From contig CM074814.1 of assembly GCA_037447605.1 (NCBI GenBank), positions 62,001-126,000 of the forward strand: DNA of 64,000 bases. Reading direction: 5' to 3'. Shown one piece after another: positions 35,304 to 46,237 of the stretch. This stretch comes from Zygnema circumcarinatum SAG 698-1b. Its lineage: Eukaryota > Plantae > Zygnematophyceae. The notes under the pieces were generated by a model. The model was not told where the DNA came from, made no database searches, and worked only from the letters and a program-made list of their open reading frames with translations. The stretch's first letter is position 1, and each line of letters opens with the position of its first letter. The translations under genes were made by a program, and so were the position numbers.

Positions 35304-36654
35304 ATGGATTCCTCAGCGCGAGCTCGCTCTCTGCAGGGCCTTCCGCTCGACATCCTGAGAGCAATCTTTGCGCAGTTGAGCCTGCGCGATGTTCTGGCAG
35401 CGGAGTCGACGTGCCGATCTCTTCGCTCATTCGTTAAGCAGAAGGACATGTGGCGCGAGCTCAGGGTGGACGAGGCCTTGAGGGGGAAAATGACAGACCT
35501 ACATTTGGTGGGCTTGCTGAAGAGAGCAGAGGGTGAATTGGAATTCCTGGATGTCCATGGCTGCTGGCTGTTATCAGGGCGCTTCCTTTTGGGACCAACC
35601 ATGCGAGCAAACAGAGGCTTGAAAGAGGTGATTTGTTTTTTTTTTGTTTGTAATCTTGATTTTTAATTTATCATGCTGCTTGTGAACTTTCATATTCTTA
35701 CTCTCGGCAAGGCGTGCTCATTCTTTTTGCGTTTTTGCATCATGCACGAGGCATCCTTTCTTATTCCCACATTCATTCTTCTGTCTGCAGCTCGACCTTC
35801 AGCATTGCCCTGGTATTTTAGGCTTCCCCGTTGTACTTTTCCTTAAGAGCCTCCGCGCCCCCTCCCACAGTGCCTGTCAATGTTTCGGACTACCAGTCTC
35901 ATTTTTTGACATCCATTTTGATCACGTTTTCGAAAGCGATCTAGAATTCTATTTACCAATTGACGAATATATGGAACCATGTGAGGCTCCGGAGCGTAAC
36001 AAGGACTACGAGTTACCCACAACGCCTCACTGCTTGAAACTTTCTGTGGATGGCTGCAACCTAATTCGAGGAGAGCATGTAAAGGAGTGCGAGGATCTCC
36101 TGGGTCATCCATTGGATGTGTCCCCTTGCCCAACATGTCCAATGGCAGGAAAGAAACTGGTTTGCAGCACTTATCAGAATTTGTATGACAGTTCAAACGG
36201 CAGGAGAGGCAGAGTGGAGGAGGTAGTGCGCGAAGATGAAGTCGGATGTCGCCATTGCTTGGTGCAGTGCACGCTATGCGAGAAGTATTACTGCAACGGA
36301 CATACGTTGACAATTGAGGTAGAGATTCGCATCTGGAGCCGTTTCTTCTGTATTTGTCTTGGTGTGGGTCTTGTCTGCAGTTCCATTAATGTTGTAGTCC
36401 AAATGGCTGCCATTGAGGGAATTGTGGGTGGGCGATTGGGAAATGGAGAACATAGCAACTCAGAAAACTCGTGTTGTTGTCTTGTCTCGTTACCTCCTTG
36501 GTACTACCGAATTCGGTTATGGCTTTTGTGCTGCTTATTTTTTTGAATCGTTTGTTTGCAAGTTCATCTTTAACAGCAATCATCGCTCGGCCTGCAGGAA
36601 AGGCCAGTGTGTTGCATCTGCCTCCTTCTGCATACGCAGTGGGACCAACTGTAG
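35304..36654 (+). CDS. F-box protein with a Cys-rich C-terminus (SKIP14/SKIP28-like)
   Basis: Exons ~35304-35627, 35791-36318 and probably 36598-36654. F-box: LQGLPLDILRAIFAQLSLRDVLAAESTCRSLRSFV. Then WRELRVDEALRGKMTDLHLVGLLKRAEGELEFLDVHGC, an LDVSPCPTC motif and CRHCLVQCTLCEKYYC. The last exon is inferred. Confidence 0.78.
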
Positions 36655-37530
36655 TTGCAATAGGAAGCGATGTGTCCAGCCACAATGCGAGCAGGTCATG
36701 TGGGGCCACCATTAGAAGGGAAACCGAGAACAGAGATCCCTTTCAACTTTGTGTCTTCCAAGTTGAAGCAAAGGAAGAGATTTGTACAGCACTACATTAC
36801 GGAAACACGAACCACAGCGTTAGGTGTATTTTTGGCTTCGCATTTGATGTTAGTCGTAGTCATGCTTTTCGATGTTAGTTGTAGACAAAGCCACTGCGGC
36901 TTTAGTTATTCGCTGAAGTTTACTCCATATTAGAGTCTCACTCGGAAAACATGCCGAGGGTCCCTGGTCCAGTTTGTAAGAAGTGCTCCTGTTTCTTGTT
37001 TTGTGTGCAATATATTAAAACCGCAACGAAATGTTCCGATTTTGAAGCTTTAGGCCATTACTCTTATGTAAAGGTAGCTAGAAGGGCCTCTCCTTTCCTT
37101 AGAGCGAACTCTCTGTATCGACGCCGACCAAATTGGCAACTGGTGTTATGCTTGTAATTGCTATTTTTATGACAATTTTATAATCTTGATTAACAGTACT
37201 GTTCAGACAACATACTCTTTTGGTCTTTCAACATTGGCGCTGCTGTTCACCCGCCACTAGTGAATTCAAGTTATGTTCAAGTTCTGGTAACTTGCATTGG
37301 TCACTCAGATGAGGATTTATGAACAAGCAGATGAAATGATGCATGAGGGGTCAGAAAACTTCTTTCAAGCAATAGAGGAAAGCGACTCTGATGTGAAACT
37401 TGAGTAGACCTTCAAGCCCATACGGCGAGTGTCAGAACCAAGGCGTGATTTCATTATTACGGAAAAATGTGCAGTAAAAAAAAGGAGCGGTATCCTGCTG
37501 TAGCACTTTTTCACGCACCAACAACACATG

Positions 37531-40033
37531 TTAACTTACAATAATGGGCGAAGTGGAAGAACCATTGTGTGACGTTACCGAAGGTTTTGTGGCATCTTCA
37601 GACTCAGGATTGCCCATTTTCTGCTTGCTAACCCGACCTGCCCTTTCTAGCTGTCCGTCTTGCAGCATGTAGGCCGGCCTGTAGTTCACACCTTCAGCCG
37701 ACAGTAAACCGTTGGCGGAATCTTTTCCAGGAGCCAATGCCTCTCCATCCGGTATTCGAAGAGCCTCGTTGGGAAGAGTGTTGTAAATATTTCCGATGGA
37801 CGTATACCTGCCCAAGGGAAGAACACAACATACATACTTCAACTTATACTCCACCTCCTTCCTCCCTTTTCAGTAGCACACAGCTTGAAACAATCTTGCC
37901 GGGATAGACAGGCCATTTAGCCGCACTTCACAGTGCAACGTCCTCATTCCTTTCAGATAAAGGATTCTTTCTTTGTCATCTTTATTTTCATGCTGCAAAT
38001 ACAACATTCAACACAATCCTAAACACCACCATAAGGCTGCCACGGACTATTGTTTTCCGAATCCATGAGGCAACATGATGAAAGTGTACTTACCCACGAT
38101 CATAAAGGCTACAGTAAGGAACTTTTGCTGCCAACAGGAAGGTCCACACGTCCCTGCTTTCAGAGGAAAAAACAATAGGTCTTAGAAACTTTTTCGCCTA
38201 GCTTCTGCTGTGTGTCAGAAATAGCTATATCATACCGAGAGATGAAACAAATTGAAGATTTCCTCATCATCTCACAAATGCAATACCTGTATGACCAATG
38301 CAGGATAGGGTTGACCCGCATGAACTGAGGCCACCCAGGACTGCTGGGGGCGAACACTCCCTGCCCCCGCTGCCATAAGAAGGATCATCACATAGAAACA
38401 AGTCAGAAAAAACAAGAACGCTTTCCAATCAGAAAGCATTTCACTTAACAATATTTCCTCCGGGAATCACATCTCAAAAAGTGGCGGATGCCATCAGCCA
38501 ACGATAACAAAAGATTCCGGCAGACAGAGGAGTTTCATGAGATTGACTAATTTGACACGTATAGCAACATTTGAACCGTGCTTAGAACTACAGAGACTTG
38601 CATGCACTTGTAAACAAAGGCATTGAGTAAACTGACTGCGTTGGGGTCATCAGCACGAGTGCCCAAAAAAATAGCCTTTAACGGTCGCCGCTTCAACAGT
38701 TCCTCAAGACCCGTACTGTAGTCCCCTTGCAAAACTTCCACTTGGAGCTTGTACCTGATAATCACAACCCACACCTCACCGATTTATGTGCTGCGAGGCA
38801 ATGCACTTCTTACATCTTGGCACGAGACACTTAGGCTTGCGGACTAGAACGATCTTAGTTAAGACACGTTTGCGTTGCAGTGCAGTGCCAAAATCGACGC
38901 TTTCACTGTGGCGAACTTAATGGTTCTAAGGAGCCTTAATATTCCTTGCAGATACAATAATCACGTTATATCAGTGAGTACAACATACAAACTTGAAGCC
39001 CGAAAGAGTAATCATACAGCAAAAATCAAATTCAAACTGGCAGATGGCAGATCGCTGATTACCTCGACACTTAAGGTCCTGAAAGGAGAGGGCAAAAAAG
39101 AGATGTCTTCATACCTCTGGACGCAAGCCATTGTGAATTCGTGGATCTCTGGGAACACATCTGAACTCTTAAAATATATTGTTGTGAGTGAAGGTTCACT
39201 GAAGCCATTCTCTGAATGACAGTCTGCAGAGGGCTCGTTGTCTCTCGCACCATTACAGTGAATATGACTGGCCCTCATAGTACGCCAAATGCCTGCTCTT
39301 ACTATATGAAGGATTACCTGCAGGAATAATTACCCACAGCCAAAGACAGCGAGGATGAACAACGGAAAGTCCACAGAATCAGGCCTTAAACAGCTTTGCG
39401 TGACAACAAAACACCTACAGCTGCAAATTGCAAGGTCTTCCAACTTACGCAAGCAGTGTAGCTGCCTTAAAAACAAGTCTAGGGGAATCATTAAGTCCAC
39501 AAAATTAACGATTATGGGCAAGAAAAATGGGATAAGTGCAGAAGAAAGAAGCAGAACTTTGCTCGACAAGGAAAATAATGTAAGAAAAATAACAGCCGCG
39601 CGAGAGTTTGTCGATGCACTTCTACTCACCGTGCAATCTTTACCCCCGTTAAAACTTAAAGCAACGTTCTCCAACCTGAAGTAATGAAACAAAGGAAACA
39701 GTAAGTATCCATAGAGCACTTGAGCTCAACCGAAGCTACGTTTGCCTATCCAACTTTCGGCCCCTCCAGCTTCCTGTATGCTATCTGCAGGTTACTCGCA
39801 TTGAACTACCCAAACACTGCCATGACAAGCGATTATGGTGAATACGGCAAGAAAAAACCAGTGAATGGGCAAGCTTTCTCCCTACATAACAACGTCGCCA
39901 GCTAGCAATTGATGTCCAGAGCATGTTCTTACCCATATTCCTGAAGAGCCTTCTCTACTGCAGTAAGGGCTTCACTGAACTTTGCTTGTAAGTGAGAGTC
40001 ACCGGACTCTTCAACTGCTCTGATGACCTCCAT
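37531..40033 (-). CDS. FAD synthetase (FMN adenylyltransferase, PAPS-reductase fold); about 7 exons, both termini uncertain
   Basis: MEVIRAVEESGDSHLQAKF...; [114 protein letters not shown]. A possible upstream in-frame exon (ATG 40486-40436 joined to ~40102) and a possible extra short last exon are unresolved. Confidence 0.88.
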
Positions 40034-40631
40034 TCCCAAGGCTTGAACAAAATTTGTGCTACTTTGCTGTCGTCCCGTCCAACGGCGCAAGGCCCTGTCT
40101 ACCTGTCAACAGCTATATTATTGCAACAACCGCCGTTGAGCTCCCTGCCGCCATGTAAAATTTCCATGCCTCTCTAAATTCTAGCTTTTCTAGCTAAATA
40201 TAACACATGTCGATACTCCAGAGAGGACGAACCCGTCAGCCACACACGTCAGCATCGGTTCCTGGCGACTGCGGCTCTGTCGACCGCCTCAGTCCTTCAA
40301 ACCATATGCAGCCCTACAATGAATTCATTCCCCTTCAGGCCTCTCAACCACCAGTCCCTTCCTGCAGAAGAGCAAACAACAATGCTGCGCGGAGAAAACA
40401 GACGCAAAACGTCCTTCAATTTCTCTGTGAGTTACCGTCCATCCACACCCCCTACGCTCCCCGCCCTTGGAGACGCCGCCCGCCATGAAAGCCTAGGCCT
40501 TCCTCCCGTCTCCATCATCCATGCCTGCCATTGCGCCTGGACGTCGGCAGCTATGCCCGTCCCTCCCTTTCAAGACGGGGCCCCTACATCCAGCCTGCCA
40601 GCCAGGCGCCAAAAGCAGTTCACCAATGCAT

Positions 40632-40753
40632 CCGTACAGCACCTACCGTACCGTATCGCCGACGCTGCGCGTACCGTCCTATCGAGATATTTCCACATCC
40701 TTTCTCTTAAAGAAGCCATTCACAGAAAGCCACGTCAGAGTTGTGCCCACGTG
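40632..40753. promoter_or_regulatory. CCGTAC cluster and G-box in the short divergent promoter of FAD synthetase and BioF
   Basis: CCGTAC at 40632 and 40646; GCGTAC at ~40669; GCCACGTCA at ~40729; CACGTG at 40748-40753. Confidence 0.5.
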
Positions 40754-40881
40754 GCAGACACTGATTGGCCTCTGCTGAACAGAGGTAGCTTCAAAACGAG
40801 ACCCCGCCTGTAAAGGCAAGCATCGCGCTTTTTGCTCTTGCCTATTGCCAGTGTCCTCCCGCCCTTCTGGAGGAGGTGGCC

Positions 40882-43800
40882 ATGGAGTGGGCGGGGTGGC
40901 TCCAGGGAGCCATGGCGTCTCTGGAGGAGGCGAGTGTGCTCAGGTCGCTTCGCCCCGTGGTAGTGCGGCCATGGCCGGGGGATTTCAGGGAGCTCTTGGA
41001 CGATGGAAGTCGAGTCGCATGTGAGTTGGGAGAGGGTGACATGGGAGGGAGAAAAGCGGAGGAGAAATGGGAAGGGAGAAGTACGGGTCTGGAAGGAGAG
41101 CTTTGGGAGAAACTTTCGGTTGAAGTGGAGGTTGCGCAGCCCACTATGGATGCATGGCTGGAGGACCGAGTTAGCGGTGGTGAGCTGTCGGACTTTCCCT
41201 AGCCTTCTTGGAAAGGTGATGGAGATTTCTGATAATTCTTCTCGTTGGAGGAGTTCATATCTGAGAATTTCTTTTGAGATAGCACGCATGGAAATCTCAT
41301 GATTTTTTTTGTATTCCATCGTAGTTTCATCAATTATGCAGTCGAATAGAATAGGCACATGGGCTTAGAAAGTATATTATTTCGCACATCGTAAATAATT
41401 CACAATCAGCCGGCTACTCTTCTATGTTGTATGCACCTCAATTGGTTTGAGCATCGTATCGCTGTAAATGCCGAAGTTGCAATTGAGAACGCTAAGCATA
41501 GACCGGTATGTCATCGCCAATGCTAAGCACTTGACACATACAAGAAAATGATGTCTATCTCCTAAAACTCCTTCAATTGTGCATTTCGTAAATTTAATCG
41601 GCTAGCGGAAGTCGCTGTTTGTTTACTTGATCGATTAGTTAATAGCATATGTAAGTTTTTCGTTTTTGATTGAGCCGCCTCTAGGTGCGGATGCTATTGA
41701 CACCGGTGTGTCAACTCACGAAATTTCTGAACCAAAAACATTGCGACTCTTTTCTGGCAACGACTACCTCGGTTTGGCATTTCATCCTGCAGTCCGTACA
41801 GCCGCTGCGAAGGTCTGCATTGCCCTGTGAAACTCCTTCTCTTTGAATTCGAATTCTATTTGGCAGACTGTTTTGGATTCGACATTAGTAGGGATGAATT
41901 CAAACCAAGCTATATTCGTGTGTTGAGGAATTCCCCGCTTGTCATTAATTAGGCTTTGCTGCACAATTCAGGCAGCCTTGGAGTTTGGAATGGGTCCCCG
42001 GGCTTCAGCCCTTGTATGTGGCTACACACAACTTCATCGACAGCTCGAGTCAGCACTTGCCAACCTGTGCTCGACACAGGTAATTTGCATTGCTCCTTCC
42101 CATTTTTATCACAAGGACGTGACAGCGCGTCAATCAGTCCTCCGAGCCTGTTCCATCTTTTTAAAATGGGCCATGTGCATTGCAGGAGTGCTTGCTGTGC
42201 CCGACAGGCTTTGCGGCAAATATGGCGGTAATGACAGCCCTGGTAGGACCTGCTCCTGCAAAAGTGCAGGAAGGATTAGACGGGCTCCCTTCTGAGGCGA
42301 GCCGTGTTGCTATCTTCTCTGATGAACTTAATCACGCTTCAATCATCGACGGAATCCGATTGGCTCAAAGACAAGATGGCGCTGCAGTGCATGTATATCG
42401 CCATTGTGACATGGCTCATTTAGAATCACTCCTGTGAGAACAAGTCTCCCTCAAACCTTTATTTCTAATCTGCTAGACCCTAGGACTTGTTTCCAGGTCG
42501 AGCATGCAGCATGTTTGTTGCTTGTGTCTCACGTTAATGTGCATGCTTGTCTTTTACTGGCTGACAGCTTGAAGAGTTCCGCCAGGCGAAAAGTTGTGGT
42601 CACAGACAGGTAAAAGCCTCCCTAATAGAACCACTTCCAAAAACGTGGAATTTCTTGACCACATTTTATCATAATTCCGATATCTGTCTTTATTTTGCTG
42701 GTGCTTTGCTAGTCAATTTATCATTTGGCTGTCAAATTGAATCATTTCCCAAATTGACTCTCTCTGGTTGGATCGTCGTTAAGAGAAGGAGGTCTATCGT
42801 TAAGCACACTCTTGTGTAGCCAAGCGAAGGGTACGCCTTGCCAGTGGTGCCGTTACTCCTCCCATTTTAACAGTAGTCCTTTGTGGCTCTCTTTTCATGG
42901 AACGCATAGCCTCTTGTCTTCTACGGAGTGATTATTAAGGGCATTCTGGGAGTGTTGATGAGCACCCGGCCATGTACTTGCTCTTGCAGTTTATTTAGTA
43001 TGGATGGTGATTTTGCTCCCATGAAGGCGCTGGCATTTCTAAAGAAGAAGTACGGATTCCTCTGGGTGGTAGATGAGGTGAGCAGGCAGCCCAGAATCCA
43101 GCATAATATGAGGCAGGGAGAAGGAGAGAGGGGGGAGAAGTGGGGTATCTCGTTGTTAACTGATAAATCCCTTTCTGTTCCCTGCCATTGAAAAGGCCCA
43201 TGGAACGCTTGTATGTGGGGATCGAGGGGGCGGAGCGGCTGAAGCCTTTGGAGTGGAGAAGGATGTGGACCTGCACGTAGGCACTCTAAGCAAGGCCTTA
43301 GCTTGCAACGGAGGCTTCATCGCCTGCAGGTACTTGCCCTCGATATACTGGCCTATATGAGACGCTAGAGGTGCGACGAATGTTACTTGGCGTCGGCGTG
43401 ATTGCACAGCAAAGTGGTTCCTAGTGTTTCCCCCACGTCGTACGCTCATTGCATGGATGCCCTTTTGGGTCCATGAACCACACCTCTTTTCTCACCAAAG
43501 CCACCTTGTGAGTGAGGGCGAGCAGGGTGTAACTTCTATGCTCTATGTTCCATGCTCCTCAGTTCTCTCCCCTTTGTCAAACGCTCCTTCATTTTCCTGC
43601 TGCTTTCCCCAACCACTCTATCCTTGCCATTCCTCACCTTCGTGCTCCTTCATCCTCTCCTTCCCTTCTCTGCCCTCTCCCATTCGCCAAGTAAGTGTTA
43701 CTATTTGTGAAGCACGTAGTACACAAATATTCTCTGTCCGTTGTTATTCACTATTCATTGTTTTTCGTGTGTTGCTTTGCAGTCGTGTATGGAAGCAGTG

Positions 43801-44808
43801 GATATTGAGTCGAGGCCGCTCTTTCATCTTCTCGACTGCCCCAGCACTCCCTGTGGTTGCAGCCGCCATAGGTGAGACTTCTCGTCCATTTCTTCCCCAT
43901 TTCGCGCGTTGTGTCACAAGTGAACATGCCTGAAAGGTTGTCCTTGTGGGTTTCATAAGGATCCCATCTTTCCTTTATTGGCAGCGGCATTGCAGGTGGC
44001 GGAAGCTGAGAGGTGGAGGCAGCGAGCCCTCTGGTCCAACGTGCGATATCTGTCAGAGTTGCTGGGGGTGCAGTTTGCCAGCCCCATCTGTCCAATCGTG
44101 ATTGGAGGAGCGAAGGAGGCGCTATCTGCCAGCAGGTGATCATCGTCAACTTTTATATCAGCTCCTCATGTGTTGTCAGATGTTAAGCACGCCTTGAGCT
44201 TAAGCGAGCCTTGTGCGTCGGCATTCGTAACGTTTACTCCTCTGCACTCTTGCTTGTTTCTTTGCGCAGGGATCTTCTAAAGGCGGGCTTCCATGTGGCA
44301 GCGATCCGTCCTCCGACAGTGGCCCCAAACTCTTCCAGGTCAGGATCAACTTCCTTTTTGTTCATTGAGAGCCCAGTTGAAGTGAGAGACCAGGAAGTTG
44401 CTTGCTGCAAATGTTTTCGTATTGTATTTGTGGTTCATATGGATATGGCCTCCAAGCCGCCTGCTGTCAGCTTGCCAATAGAATGCATCTTGGAGGTATA
44501 ATATTTATTGAATCCTTGTACTTTTCTGGCCGGGGGGAGAGGATGGGGAAGACAGACTCCGTGTGGCCTTGTCTGCCTCACATACGAAGGAAGACTTGGA
44601 CGCTCTCGTGGCAGCTTTACCGTTACACATAAGGAAGCGAGGGGTGGACTTGACTCCGTTAGGGGAAAATCCTTTGACTTGGTCTCCTAAACCTTCGAGT
44701 AGTCACATGGAAGAATGGGCTGGAATGGGGGATGAAGAGGCACCTGCACCTTTTCAGAAAACACTGGCTCGATCCTCCCCAGAGCATAGGAGATTCTCCA
44801 AGCTGTGA
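40882..44808 (+). CDS. BIOF: 8-amino-7-oxononanoate (KAPA) synthase of biotin synthesis, with C-terminal peroxisomal PTS1 (SKL); about 11 exons
   Basis: FSGNDYLGLAFHP, GMGPRASALVCGYT, PTGFAANMA, IFSDELNHASIIDGIRLA, YRHCDMAHLE, VVTDSLFSMDGD, VVDEAHG, PLP-lysine motif VGTLSKA, GRSFIFSTA, AIRPPTVAPNSSRLRVALSASH; ends RRFSKL*. Confidence 0.94.
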
Positions 44809-45347
44809 GTTAAGGTTATCATCAGGTTATTCTCGTGTTGGCGTTGTTATGCATCATTATTAATCATAAATTAATTAATTATTTGCCTTCACGTGAATAT
44901 GGCTTTTGAAGTTAAGACATTCTCCCTCTGTATCTGTCCGTCATGGGCATGCATCGCTTGACAGAATTCAAGGTACATTGCCACTGTTTGGTGCCGGTGG
45001 GACCGCCGTGTGCGTTCCGTTGCTTTCTCGTCTGCAAGTCTGTCCAACGAATAAAAGCCCTAATACAAGCAAAATTTGTATTTTCTCATTTTTTCTCTTT
45101 CTTTCTCTTACTGTCAGCGTCTTAGGATCAATCTGGTCTAAACAGTACGAATACGATGCCAGCAAGGTCATGCATAACCCATGAATGCTGGAATGCCCAT
45201 GCCACATGTTTGCCGACATCAGGTCCACCTCACAGCCTACGTCGTCCATGTGGTCCAATTCTGGGCACTACAGTAAGTACAGTATCGCCGATATTTCCGG
45301 AGGTGAAAAAGCGGCACGATACGATATACGCATTCGTTTTTTGAATC

Positions 45348-45697
45348 CCGTACGGTATAGGACCGTACATAAATTGTACGTTAAGATGGCCTCCGTACTG
45401 ACTGGCCTCCCAACGGTCACCTCCGGTCCGGATTGGCCCAGATCCGCTCACACCGCAAAACCTGGAGATCAACTCCGGCAGACACCCTGTTAAACAAGGG
45501 CGACCTTGTCGCATCTGCCACCACGTCAGCGACCAACATTTGAGTTTCACACGAAAACCCGAAAAAATACACGATCCACTTTGGCTGATCCGTGGTCCAC
45601 TTCACACAGCGCTGATTCGTTCGTACATTGCGAAAGTGACCGTTCAGCTCGATCCCTTCGACGGTCACGATTTGAAGTGGGTCTCATCGGACGGTCG
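45348..45697 (+). promoter_or_regulatory. Kinesin-14 promoter with a CCGTAC cluster and MSA-like (AACGG/GACGG) elements
   Basis: CCGTACGG at 45348; CCGTAC at 45363 and 45393; TCCCAACGGTCA at 45408-45419; CCACGTCA at 45521; GACCGTT at ~45638; TCGACGGTCA at ~45658; ATCGGACGGTC at 45686. Confidence 0.5.
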
Positions 45698-46237
45698 ATC
45701 GCAAGCCGAGTCCTGATTCTGAACGCTTTCCAAGCGCCTGCTGATCCGAACGTGCAGGCTCGCCTTCGCGCGCTGCCACCTGGCGGCCCCCCCCGCCCGC
45801 CCGCCCGCCCGCCGTCTTGTCAATCCTGCTCCTGCCTCTGCTGCTCGTTGCCGTTGCTGGCTGCTCCGCCTCTGCTCTTGCTCCCGCCCCGAATGCTGCA
45901 GCGCCTGCCTGCACTCTGTCCAAGCTCATCCTAGCTATCTCCGAAGCTGTTGGAGCCGGACAAAGAGTATTGGTGAGCTTCCTCATGTGCTTGCACATTG
46001 GTGACGCTAGAGAGGAGATCGGACGTTGTTGCTGCTACTGGAACTCGTAGTCTTATCCGTCATTTGGAGAGAATTTCAGTTTTGCCTGGTTATTGATCTG
46101 GAATATGTACATTTCACCGTGCCTTCACTGCTGCTGTTGATGTTCTATCAGGTTTTTTCAGTTATCGTTTACGGCAAAGGCTGTTGTGGCGCAAGGAAGC
46201 GAGAGTTTGAATAAGGAGAGGCTGCCCTCCTGGAACT

